Part shown: piece after piece, positions 19,820 through 27,632 of the stretch
Numbering within the stretch: position 1 is the first letter of the stretch
Layout of the letters: every line of letters starts with the position of its first letter
DNA from: an uncultured Ignavibacteria bacterium
Lineage (GTDB): Bacteria > Bacteroidota > Ignavibacteria > Kapaibacteriales > Kapaibacteriaceae
Assembly (NCBI GenBank): GCA_903939735.1
Contig: CAJAIA010000001.1
Location: 39,169-103,168 of the forward strand
DNA: 64,000 nucleotides
Reading direction: 5' to 3'
The notes under the pieces: model-generated
Database searches by the model: none
What the model was told of the DNA's origin: nothing
What the model saw: only the letters and a program-made list of their open reading frames with translations
Made by a program: the position numbers and the translations under genes

Positions 19820-21979
19820 ATGGGCATCGTCACAGCGGTCCGTCGTAACGTGAAGAATCCTTCACGGTGCTCGGTCTTTGTCGACGACGAATTTCTTGCC
19901 GCCTGCCCCATCGACGTAGCGTTGTCACTCGGTATCCGCAAGGGTATCGAGTTGACAGCCGACCTCGAACGCCAGCTGCGGCGTGAAGACAAGCGCATCG
20001 TCATGCGTCAAAAAGCCTATCGTTTCGCGACGTACAAGCCACGCACAGAGCATCAAGTACGAGCATTTCTCGCGACCAAGGAACTCACTCCCGAGGAAGT
20101 AGACGATGTGATGTCGTGGATTGTGGAGTTTCGTCTCATCGACGATGCACAGTATGTTGAACGATTCCTCTCCGCAGCATTTGAGCGCAAGCCACTATCG
20201 CGTCTCATGGCTCGTCGTACGCTCCAGAAGAAGGGCATCCCCGATGCACTTCTCACACCGGCACTTGAGCGATGGTACTCACAGGAGGCAACCGAAGACG
20301 TTGCGTACCGTGCAGCTGTGAAGAAACTGCGGATGATCGGTACCGCAACACCATCAGAGAAAGAGTCAAAACTGGTCAGGTTTCTCCAATATCGTGCCTA
20401 TCCTTGGTCAACAGTCAAGCAGGTTGTCGAGCGTTGTAAAGTCGAGGGCATACTCGCCTGCCTTGTTGCGGTGCTCTGCTGTTCTCTTTCCGCCGTCGCA
20501 CAACCGGACACGTGCGGTCGCGTGCGACTGCCGGATGTGATCAATCAGTTTCAGCCGACAACGATTCCCGTTCTCGACGCCACAGGTATGCTGTACGTCG
20601 ATAGAAAACAACACCCAGAGAACAGGGATGGAGGCGTTCGGGATCCTGATGATGTCTGGCGTGCATACCGCACGGGTACAAACCTCTACACCGAGCTCTC
20701 GCACACGCCAATAGCAGAAGGCGTGCAGCCGGATGTCGTATTCTGGGTTTCATCCGATGGTCTCGACGCGCTTGTTGTCGGACCCTATTGCTCTCAATCA
20801 ACACGTTCGGTTCGTTGTCTGGCAGTCCTCCATCGGTCCTCCCCCCGAGGTCCATTTGGTGATCCCACTCCAATATCTATCCCCGGTGTGCTGGATCTCG
20901 GTCGAAACTTCTATGCCTGTATGAGCGAAGACCGGTCGACGTTGATTCTCGCTCTCGATCGTATAGATGGTACAGGTGGTCTTGATCTGTATGTATCGCA
21001 ATCCTGCAAGGGTACCTGGTCGGCGCCGCGAAACCTTGGCACAACCATCAATACGCCGGCGTTTGACGGGGCTCCATGGATCGGACCAGACGGAACAACG
21101 TTGTACTTCGCATCGAGCGGACGCGACGATCGGTTGGGCAAGGCTGATTTATATGTGACGCGCCGTCGCGATACGACATGGACATCATGGACACAGCCGC
21201 GTAACCTTGGTCCGTGTGTAAACACGATCGAGGACGAGACAGCCATTTCTCTACTGCCGTCCTTCGACTCAGTCATGATTCATTCATGGGATGCCGAATC
21301 TGGTCGAACCGGCATCTACATTGCTCCCCTAGCCGCCGATTTGCGGCCAGCGCCGGTGCTGACCCTGCGCGGAACCGTTGTTGATGCCGTCACACGACGC
21401 ATCATTCCGCATGCGGAGATTGTTCTGACATCGCCGTACAACTGCACGTCATGGACGCTTCAGAGCGACACAATCAACAGTGTGTTCTCTACCGTCATAC
21501 CGCAACGCACTGCGTTGCATATATCGACCAGTGCTAATGGCTATACCACGACCACCAATGATGTCCGCACGCAAACGCTTGATTCGTCGTCGACAATGAT
21601 GCTGACGGTGGCGTTGTTCGATACCACACGCCCACTTGCTTCGCTCTACTTCGAACGTGGAAGTGCGGAACTCACGCCTGCATCGACAGATTCCTTGCGC
21701 ATGATTATTGAACGTCTGCGTCAACGATCACTCTCCTTCGTTGTCCGCGGATACACTGATCCCATCGGATCGCCAGGATCCAATGCCGATCTCTCTCGTC
21801 GTCGTGCACGGGCTGTTGCAGATTACATGGCGACACACGGTATTGACTCCGCATCGATCGTCGAGGAGGGCCGCGGCGTTGAGCATTCAACGGCTAAGCG
21901 CACCTCGGTTGAACGACCAGAGAGTCGCCGTGTGGATTTGTTCCCACGCAGTATGCTAGTGCGCGACAAGAGTCACTGA
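19820..21979 (+). CDS. recX: Single ORF: complete RecX (about aa 1-207) continuing in-frame into a signal-peptide-like segment, PD40/TolB-like beta-propeller repeats and a C-terminal OmpA-like domain
   Basis: RecX three-helix repeats (YRFATYKPRTEHQVRAFLATKELTPEEV...), starting 3 nt after the recA stop. Then GILACLVAVLCCSLSAVAQP. Then PD40 repeats (DGTTLYFASSGRDDRLGKADLYV). The C-terminus is OmpA-like (RGYTDPIGSPGSNADLSRRRARAVADYM). No stop between the two parts. Confidence 0.7.
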   Translation: MGIVTAVRRNVKNPSRCSVFVDDEFLAACPIDVALSLGIRKGIELTADLERQLRREDKRIVMRQKAYRFATYKPRTEHQVRAFLATKELTPEEVDDVMSWIVEFRLIDDAQYVERFLSAAFERKPLSRLMARRTLQKKGIPDALLTPALERWYSQEATEDVAYRAAVKKLRMIGTATPSEKESKLVRFLQYRAYPWSTVKQVVERCKVEGILACLVAVLCCSLSAVAQPDTCGRVRLPDVINQFQPTTIPVLDATGMLYVDRKQHPENRDGGVRDPDDVWRAYRTGTNLYTELSHTPIAEGVQPDVVFWVSSDGLDALVVGPYCSQSTRSVRCLAVLHRSSPRGPFGDPTPISIPGVLDLGRNFYACMSEDRSTLILALDRIDGTGGLDLYVSQSCKGTWSAPRNLGTTINTPAFDGAPWIGPDGTTLYFASSGRDDRLGKADLYVTRRRDTTWTSWTQPRNLGPCVNTIEDETAISLLPSFDSVMIHSWDAESGRTGIYIAPLAADLRPAPVLTLRGTVVDAVTRRIIPHAEIVLTSPYNCTSWTLQSDTINSVFSTVIPQRTALHISTSANGYTTTTNDVRTQTLDSSSTMMLTVALFDTTRPLASLYFERGSAELTPASTDSLRMIIERLRQRSLSFVVRGYTDPIGSPGSNADLSRRRARAVADYMATHGIDSASIVEEGRGVEHSTAKRTSVERPESRRVDLFPRSMLVRDKSH

Positions 21980-22333
21980 TGTACACAGAGCACCTTCATG
22001 GGAATGATCTTCCATGATGGTGAGATCCCATGTGTCATGCGCATGGAGATAGAAAACAACTTCTAACTCCCCATTACGCTCACAAGCCTCGTCGTGAAAG
22101 GGCGATCGCCAGAGAAACTCATCTGCTGCCAGGAGACATGCTCGTTCGAGCTGATCTGACGTATGAAAGAGAACAACGATCTCTTCCGTGTCCGTCGGCA
22201 AATGCTCGAGCCGCATAATGATGCAATCCAGGTGGTTCTGCTGCTCTATTCGCAGATCCCGAACGCAGGCGTGCGACGTGTCCATTACTGATGTTCCGAA
22301 GATGACCGGAACGATACGTAGTATAGCTGGCAT
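21956..22333 (-). CDS. Hypothetical cytoplasmic protein (about 125 aa)
   Basis: The internal Met (MPAILRIVPV...) is preceded by a perfect AAGGAGG SD 5 nt upstream. No recognisable family. Acidic and His-rich. Confidence 0.45.
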   Translation of the reverse strand: MPAILRIVPVIFGTSVMDTSHACVRDLRIEQQNHLDCIIMRLEHLPTDTEEIVVLFHTSDQLERACLLAADEFLWRSPFHDEACERNGELEVVFYLHAHDTWDLTIMEDHSHEGALCTSVTLVAH

Positions 22334-22465
22334 ACCAACCTCCTTAAACGGTTGTTTACACTCAATCAACAGAACGAATACAACGACATATCAGATATGA
22401 AAACTACGCGATAGATCTATGAACCAACACACCGTGCCGTCAGGTGCATGAAGTCGTTCCTCTCG

Positions 22466-22538
22466 AGCGGGAAACGGGTCTCGAACCCGCGACATTCAGC
22501 TTGGGAAGCTGATGCTCTACCAACTGAGCTATTCCCGC
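22466..22538 (-). tRNA. tRNA-Gly (anticodon CCC)
   Basis: 73 nt, GCGGGAATAGCTCAGTTGGTAGAGCATCAGCTTCCCAAGCTGAATGTCGCGGGTTCGAGACCCGTTTCCCGCT. Perfect 7-bp acceptor stem. Anticodon loop UUCCCAA. 5' half matches E. coli tRNA-Gly. CCA is not encoded. Confidence 0.9.
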
Positions 22539-22545
22539 CTACGAG

Positions 22546-22910
22546 TGGAGATGCCGGGAGTCGAACCCGGGTCCGAAGTGGAAAATCCGAAGCATACCAC
22601 GTGTGTCTTCGATCTATAGGTTCTCGTCGCCTGGGGCACCGATCGATAGGTCCCACACGACCAGTATCAGTGTTTTCTTACGCTTTGCCCTGGTACACAG
22701 CTACGCGCCAGCCTGATTCAAGCGTCACCACGGGTTGAGAGCAACAGGCGGCTCTCATCGTGATGGCATGGCGTCCTAAGTCTTAGGCGGCCATGCGATA
22801 ACCGAAGTTATCTGCATGTATTGTTCGCCGGTTGTATTAACGAGCTCCACCAGCGTAGCTCGACACGCATCTTCGTGACTGTCTCACCCCGTCGAAACCG
22901 GTACATCCCC
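22546..22910 (-). ncRNA. ssrA: tmRNA (SsrA), predicted tag peptide ADNFGYRMAA
   Basis: 5' end GGGGAUGUACCGGUUUCGACGGGG and 3' end GGACCCGGGUUCGACUCCCGGCAUCUCCA form the tRNA-Ala-like domain, including the G3:U pair. Internal ORF GCA GAT AAC TTC GGT TAT CGC ATG GCC GCC TAA follows a TAA in the right context. Confidence 0.85.
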
Positions 22911-23012
22911 ATTACGACTGTGACTGATCACATGCAAAGGTACAACCCTTTGCGTTACCGCTCCGTAGACGGACGTCGGACGTTTGTTGTGTATGAGGCA
23001 CACAACTTTTAA

Positions 23013-23930
23013 TTACACGTTCACATCTTCCGTAGCACAGAGGCCCTCGACAAAGGCCTGGACTTCTTCCATGTACCACTGCGGCGTGCTGGTTGCGCCA
23101 GAGATGCCGATATGTTGCATACCACGGATCCATGCTGGATCAATTTCATCAGTACTTTCGATGAAATACGTACGTGGATTAGACGCATGAGCTACATCAA
23201 ACAGCACTTTTCCGTTCGATGATGCTCGGCCCGCCACAAACAGAATCACATCATTCCCAGCCGCGAACTTGGCGAGCTGCGCCTCACGTCCGCTAACCTG
23301 ACCACAGATGGTATCCTTTGCGTGGAACTCAGTGGCAATCTCCTCCATCGTGTCGACGATCAGTTCGGCTACACGCCCCTTGAGCGCATCACGAATAAGC
23401 AGAAACGTCGGTCGGTCCATCGTTGTCTGGGAGAACAACACTGTCTTCTTTGCCATGTCAACTGTTGCCAGTGCCTCGTCTACCGACTTGACCACAATGC
23501 ATTGATCGTGCACAACGCCGCGCACACCGAGCACTTCGGCATGATCATACTTTCCGAAGATCACAACCTGATAGCCCTGATCCCAGAATTTGCGGACACG
23601 CTCCTGAAGCTTTGTCACGACGGGACATGTCGCATCGACTATCTCGATGCCATGCTCCCATGCTGCTCGATACGTTGAAGGGGGCTCACCATGTGCACGA
23701 ATGATCACCTTCGCTCCGGTGTTAGCCAGGCGAGGAAAATCATTGACAGTGATCGTTGTCAGCCCCTTATCCTCGAGACGTTGGATCTCTTTAGGATTAT
23801 GGATGATGTGGCCCAGGACGTAGACATTTCGCTGGGCGCGTGTTGCAGCCAATTGATCTTCAGCGATCTGAACAGTCCGAACAACACCCCAGCAGAAACC
23901 GCTGAATCGATCGATGGAAACGGTGACCAT
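23013..23930 (-). CDS. ispH: 4-hydroxy-3-methylbut-2-enyl diphosphate reductase (IspH/LytB)
   Basis: 305 aa. FCWGVVRTV, conserved Cys ligands and HNP motif (IIHNPKE). LytB fold order. Confidence 0.92.
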   Translation of the reverse strand: MVTVSIDRFSGFCWGVVRTVQIAEDQLAATRAQRNVYVLGHIIHNPKEIQRLEDKGLTTITVNDFPRLANTGAKVIIRAHGEPPSTYRAAWEHGIEIVDATCPVVTKLQERVRKFWDQGYQVVIFGKYDHAEVLGVRGVVHDQCIVVKSVDEALATVDMAKKTVLFSQTTMDRPTFLLIRDALKGRVAELIVDTMEEIATEFHAKDTICGQVSGREAQLAKFAAGNDVILFVAGRASSNGKVLFDVAHASNPRTYFIESTDEIDPAWIRGMQHIGISGATSTPQWYMEEVQAFVEGLCATEDVNV

Positions 23931-23947
23931 GGCGTTACTTACCCACC

Positions 23948-24652
23948 TTAGATGTTTGTGAACGCGGAGACGAGCGAATAGGTCTTTTGGTATCCGTCTA
24001 CGAGCTCAAGAATCCGCTGAACTTGGTCGTCGATCGTACAATGTGTGGTGTCGATCTCAACCGCACCCTCAGGCTTGATAAGGGGGCTTACCTCGCGCTC
24101 ACTATCAAGCTTATCACGTTCGATGATGTGACGGCGAACAGTTTCCACATCGAGATGCTCGCCACGTTGGTCGGCATCAATCACACGACGTCGCACTCGC
24201 TCGTCGACGTCTGCAACGAGAAACACTTTGATCTCTGCATGTGGAAACACGACGCTCCCGATGTCACGTCCGTCCATCACGACGCCACCATGAAGCCCAA
24301 GCATGCGCTGACGTTGAACTAACGCTCTGCGAACGCGTGGAAACACGCTGACTTGACTCACATTGCTTGTGACGGCAGCCTCGCGAATCGCGCGTGTGAC
24401 GTCCTCACCGTTGACCAGAACGCGTTGTCCGTCAGTCGTCGGCTCGAGTCGAATGTCGAGACTTTCTGCTAGCTCGCCAAGGGCCACATCTTCGAAGGTT
24501 GTATCACGCTGAAGTGCAGCGAGTGTCACTGCACGATACATCGCACCAGTGTCGATATACACATACCCGAGATGTTCGGCGACCTTTCGAGCCGTCGTGC
24601 TCTTTCCGGCACCGGCAGGGCCGTCGATTGCAATGGTAAGACGTTGACTCAT
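23948..24652 (-). CDS. cmk: Cytidylate kinase
   Basis: IAIDGPAGAGKSTTARKVAEHLGYVYIDTGAMYRA P-loop and NMP-binding motifs. Start taken at the internal Met just after the upstream gene's stop (the longer ORF to 24769 overlaps the HAD gene). Start position uncertain by a few nt. Confidence 0.88.
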   Translation of the reverse strand: MSQRLTIAIDGPAGAGKSTTARKVAEHLGYVYIDTGAMYRAVTLAALQRDTTFEDVALGELAESLDIRLEPTTDGQRVLVNGEDVTRAIREAAVTSNVSQVSVFPRVRRALVQRQRMLGLHGGVVMDGRDIGSVVFPHAEIKVFLVADVDERVRRRVIDADQRGEHLDVETVRRHIIERDKLDSEREVSPLIKPEGAVEIDTTHCTIDDQVQRILELVDGYQKTYSLVSAFTNI

Positions 24653-24656
24653 GGTG

Positions 24657-25358
24657 TCAAAGATACCCCAAAACTTGCCGTAAAAGGGTTGTGGTTGCGT
24701 TGGCTGGCGCGAGCGAGAGGATGACATGTGCAGCTCCTGCATCACGTAGTTCCTGATCGCTGTGCACACCCGTCGTCACGGCGATGCACGGTATTCCATG
24801 AGCTCGAGCACAGTCGACGTCCCCGATAGCATCACCGATAATCACGGCATCCGACGGACCGAAGCTTGACTGTAGGGATGCATTCACGGCTCCAATGGCT
24901 AGCGGTGGAAGCTCACGTCGATCAGCATGATCGCCACCGTAAGCACCCGCACAAAACACCTTGGGCATACCAGCCATCGATAGTTTATGCTGCGCAATAC
25001 TGTCGATATTCCCAGTCAGCAATCCGCATGTAATCCCCTGTTCAACAAATGCATTCAGCGTCTCAACTGCTCCATCGAGCACCTGGAGTGTTGACGGGGT
25101 GATCAACTCAACGGCGTGAGCTGCCATGTCTGCGGTGAAATCAAGCCACACGTCATCGACAGCCGATCGTGGAACGCCAGCGGCGTCGACGATATCGTAC
25201 ACAAGGCCACGATCCGTGCGACCGGCAAAGGACATTCCTTCGACAATCGGTTGCACATCAACGCCAAGGAGCGTCCGAAATGAGCGTACATACATTTCAC
25301 GGCCGATCCCGTGATCGACACGCAGGAGCGTGCCGTCGATATCCCAAAGTGCTAGCAT
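24657..25358 (-). CDS. HAD-superfamily hydrolase (HAD-IA phosphatase-like)
   Basis: 233 aa. N-terminal DIDGTL (DxDGT) motif I, and C-terminal GDAIGDV motif IV. Confidence 0.75.
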   Translation of the reverse strand: MLALWDIDGTLLRVDHGIGREMYVRSFRTLLGVDVQPIVEGMSFAGRTDRGLVYDIVDAAGVPRSAVDDVWLDFTADMAAHAVELITPSTLQVLDGAVETLNAFVEQGITCGLLTGNIDSIAQHKLSMAGMPKVFCAGAYGGDHADRRELPPLAIGAVNASLQSSFGPSDAVIIGDAIGDVDCARAHGIPCIAVTTGVHSDQELRDAGAAHVILSLAPANATTTLLRQVLGYL

Positions 25359-25395
25359 CCAACAAACCTACGGCTCCTTACTCTATCTTTGTGCC

Positions 25396-26163
25396 ATGCA
25401 ACCCCTCCTATCGGTTCGGAATCTCACGCTGACCTACCCAAATGGGTATCAGGCGCTCAAGGGCATCTCGTTTGACGTGATGCCTGGGGAATTCCTAGTC
25501 ATCATCGGTCTCTCTGGTAGCGGTAAGTCGACGCTCTTGCGTTGCCTCAATCGCCTCCTCGAGCCAACGACTGGGTCGATCACGTTCAACGATCGCGATA
25601 TCACGCATATCCAGGGCGAAGCGCTTCGAGAGCACCGTGCGCGCATAGGCATGATCTTCCAGCACTTCAATCTCATTCCTCGGCATTCGGTTATCAAGAA
25701 TGTCCTCTACGGAGCGCTCGGTGCAACACCGACATTGAATGCTATGCTTGGAAGGTTTTCTGACGACGCACAACGCAGAGCACAGGAAGCACTTCAGGTT
25801 GTGGGTATTCCTGAGAAGGCGGAGATCAGGGCCGATTCCCTCTCGGGCGGACAGCAGCAGCGCGTTGCTATTGCGCGAGCGCTGATGCAACAACCGCAGT
25901 TGCTGCTGGCCGACGAACCCGTTGCATCGCTCGATCCGTCGACCTCGCATTCGGTGATGTCGTACCTCGAGCGCATCAACAAGGAAATGAACACAACGGT
26001 TATCTGCAATCTGCACTTCTTGTCTCTGGTTCGACAGTATGCAACGCGGGTGATTGCCCTCAAGAACGGCGAGATGGTGTTTCAAGGCTCACCACATGAC
26101 ATCACGGATGAGTGGTTCGCTACCATCTATGGTGAAGATGCTGTGGAGGTAGAGATCCGATGA
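25396..26163 (+). CDS. phnC: Phosphonate-type ABC transporter ATP-binding protein (PhnC-like)
   Basis: Walker A GLSGSGKST, signature LSGGQQQRV, Walker B LLLADEP. Overall PhnC-like. Start at MQPLLSV. Confidence 0.8.
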   Translation: MQPLLSVRNLTLTYPNGYQALKGISFDVMPGEFLVIIGLSGSGKSTLLRCLNRLLEPTTGSITFNDRDITHIQGEALREHRARIGMIFQHFNLIPRHSVIKNVLYGALGATPTLNAMLGRFSDDAQRRAQEALQVVGIPEKAEIRADSLSGGQQQRVAIARALMQQPQLLLADEPVASLDPSTSHSVMSYLERINKEMNTTVICNLHFLSLVRQYATRVIALKNGEMVFQGSPHDITDEWFATIYGEDAVEVEIR

Positions 26164-27161
26164 AACGTCTTCTTGCCATCATCATCGACGGTCTGCTCGG
26201 TGCGTCGGTTGGCGCATTGATCGAGCGTGTCATCGTGCCTGCATTGCTCGACACATCAGGCGCTGCCGATACATCGTACGCCCTCCTTGCCTCTGGTCTT
26301 GGTGCCGCCATCTATATCATTGCTGGTCTTGCAGCGAAGTCCTCAATCGGTGGAGTTAGCCTCGGCATTGACACACCAGAAGGTCGGTCCCTGCGCACGG
26401 TGTCGCATCTCGGCTGGCTTACTCTCTCTGTGTTCATTGTTGGCGGCTGGATCATCACCGCTATCTCGCCGATAGAGTTCTTCTCCGGAGATGGACTTGC
26501 CGGAGCGGGTCGAATCTTCCAGGCCCTTATCACTCCTGAATTCGACATCATTGGTGAAGCTGTCTCGGCGATGATCGTCACGATCTTCACGGCGTTCATG
26601 GCAACAGTTGTGGCAGTACCGATTTCGTTCCTGCTCAGCTTCCCCGCTGCACGTAATGTGATGTCCGAAACACCGTTGACGAAGACCATCTACGTCATAC
26701 TGCGGGTTATCCTGAACATCATGCGGTCGATGGAGCCCATCATCTGGGCCATCATCTTTTCGGTGTGGGTTGGTATTGGTCCATTCGCTGGTATGCTCGC
26801 ACTTGTGGTGCATACCGTTGCATCGCTCACCAAGCAATACAGTGAGCAGATTGAAGATGTCAATAGTGGTCCGATCGAAGCAATTTCCGCAACGGGTGCG
26901 TCACGCATTCAAGTACTGTGGTTTGCCATCGTACCACAATGTGTAATTCCATTTCTTTCGTTTACCATCTATCGTTGGGACATCAACGTACGCATGGCCA
27001 CAATCATTGGTTTTGTCGGCGGTGGTGGTATCGGCACCTTGCTTACGCAGTACCAAGGCGTGGCGAAATACAACGAAGTGGGCACGTTGGTCATTCTGAT
27101 CACGGCCGTGGTCTGGATCCTCGACGTTGTCAGTGCTCGCGTTCGCGAGGCTTTGCGGTAA
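26160..27161 (+). CDS. phnE: Phosphonate-type ABC transporter permease (PhnE-like) with about 100-aa N-terminal membrane extension
   Basis: 333 aa. The C-terminal two-thirds is a PhnE-like permease core. Start overlaps the phnC stop (ATGA). Confidence 0.75.
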   Translation: MKRLLAIIIDGLLGASVGALIERVIVPALLDTSGAADTSYALLASGLGAAIYIIAGLAAKSSIGGVSLGIDTPEGRSLRTVSHLGWLTLSVFIVGGWIITAISPIEFFSGDGLAGAGRIFQALITPEFDIIGEAVSAMIVTIFTAFMATVVAVPISFLLSFPAARNVMSETPLTKTIYVILRVILNIMRSMEPIIWAIIFSVWVGIGPFAGMLALVVHTVASLTKQYSEQIEDVNSGPIEAISATGASRIQVLWFAIVPQCVIPFLSFTIYRWDINVRMATIIGFVGGGGIGTLLTQYQGVAKYNEVGTLVILITAVVWILDVVSARVREALR

Positions 27162-27179
27162 AGCTCACGACGAACAGCG

Positions 27180-27632
27180 TTAGACGGCTGCGCGCCATGT
27201 GCGTGTGATGAGTTCGGTAAGCACGGACATATCTATCTGTTCAAGCTTCTTGATGTAGATGCACGACTTCCCCGTTGTGTGCTTACCGAGCTTTGACATG
27301 AGGTCGCTGACGTCTGCCGTGCTGTGCAGATACAGCGTAAGTGCGGCCTTTCGTGGCGAGCAACCAACAACGAACCAGTCGACACTGCGTCCTGATTCGT
27401 AATGGAGCGTCTGCGAGCCAAAGCCAACAACACTCGCACCCCACATCACCGGAGCACATGCGGTAATCTGCTGCATCAATGCACACACCTTCTCCGTGTC
27501 ATTCCTACGCTGAGTGTCTGGAATTGAATCGAGCAGTGTTCCAAGTACTCCCGAAGAGGGTGCGGTTTTAAGGGTTGCTTTTGCCATTGCCAAACTTACA
27601 ATGGCATCGATATCTTCGTGCGATGAAAACAT
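27180..27632 (-). CDS. DUF1801 (YdhG-like) domain protein
   Basis: 150 aa. C-terminal KSCIYIKKLEQIDMSVLTELI and a central VDWF motif are typical of DUF1801. Confidence 0.6.
   Translation of the reverse strand: MFSSHEDIDAIVSLAMAKATLKTAPSSGVLGTLLDSIPDTQRRNDTEKVCALMQQITACAPVMWGASVVGFGSQTLHYESGRSVDWFVVGCSPRKAALTLYLHSTADVSDLMSKLGKHTTGKSCIYIKKLEQIDMSVLTELITRTWRAAV

Noticed and set aside
22417-22738. Track ORFs 22417..22656 (-) and 22448..22738 (+)
   Set aside because: They lie entirely within the tRNA-Gly and tmRNA genes. Structured RNA with spurious open frames.
21956-22910. Possible integrated mobile element at the ssrA/tRNA-Gly site
   Set aside because: No integrase, recombinase, phage gene or obvious direct repeat of the tRNA or tmRNA 3' end in the flanks. 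Only a single anonymous ORF.
22911-23012. Promoter for ssrA between ispH stop and tmRNA 5' end
   Set aside because: Several weak -35/-10-like or Bacteroidetes -33/-7-like matches, but none with convincing spacing. Not reported as a feature.
23948-24769. 273-aa extended cytidylate kinase ORF
   Set aside because: It would overlap the upstream HAD gene by more than 100 nt. The internal Met just after that gene's stop gives a normal-length Cmk.
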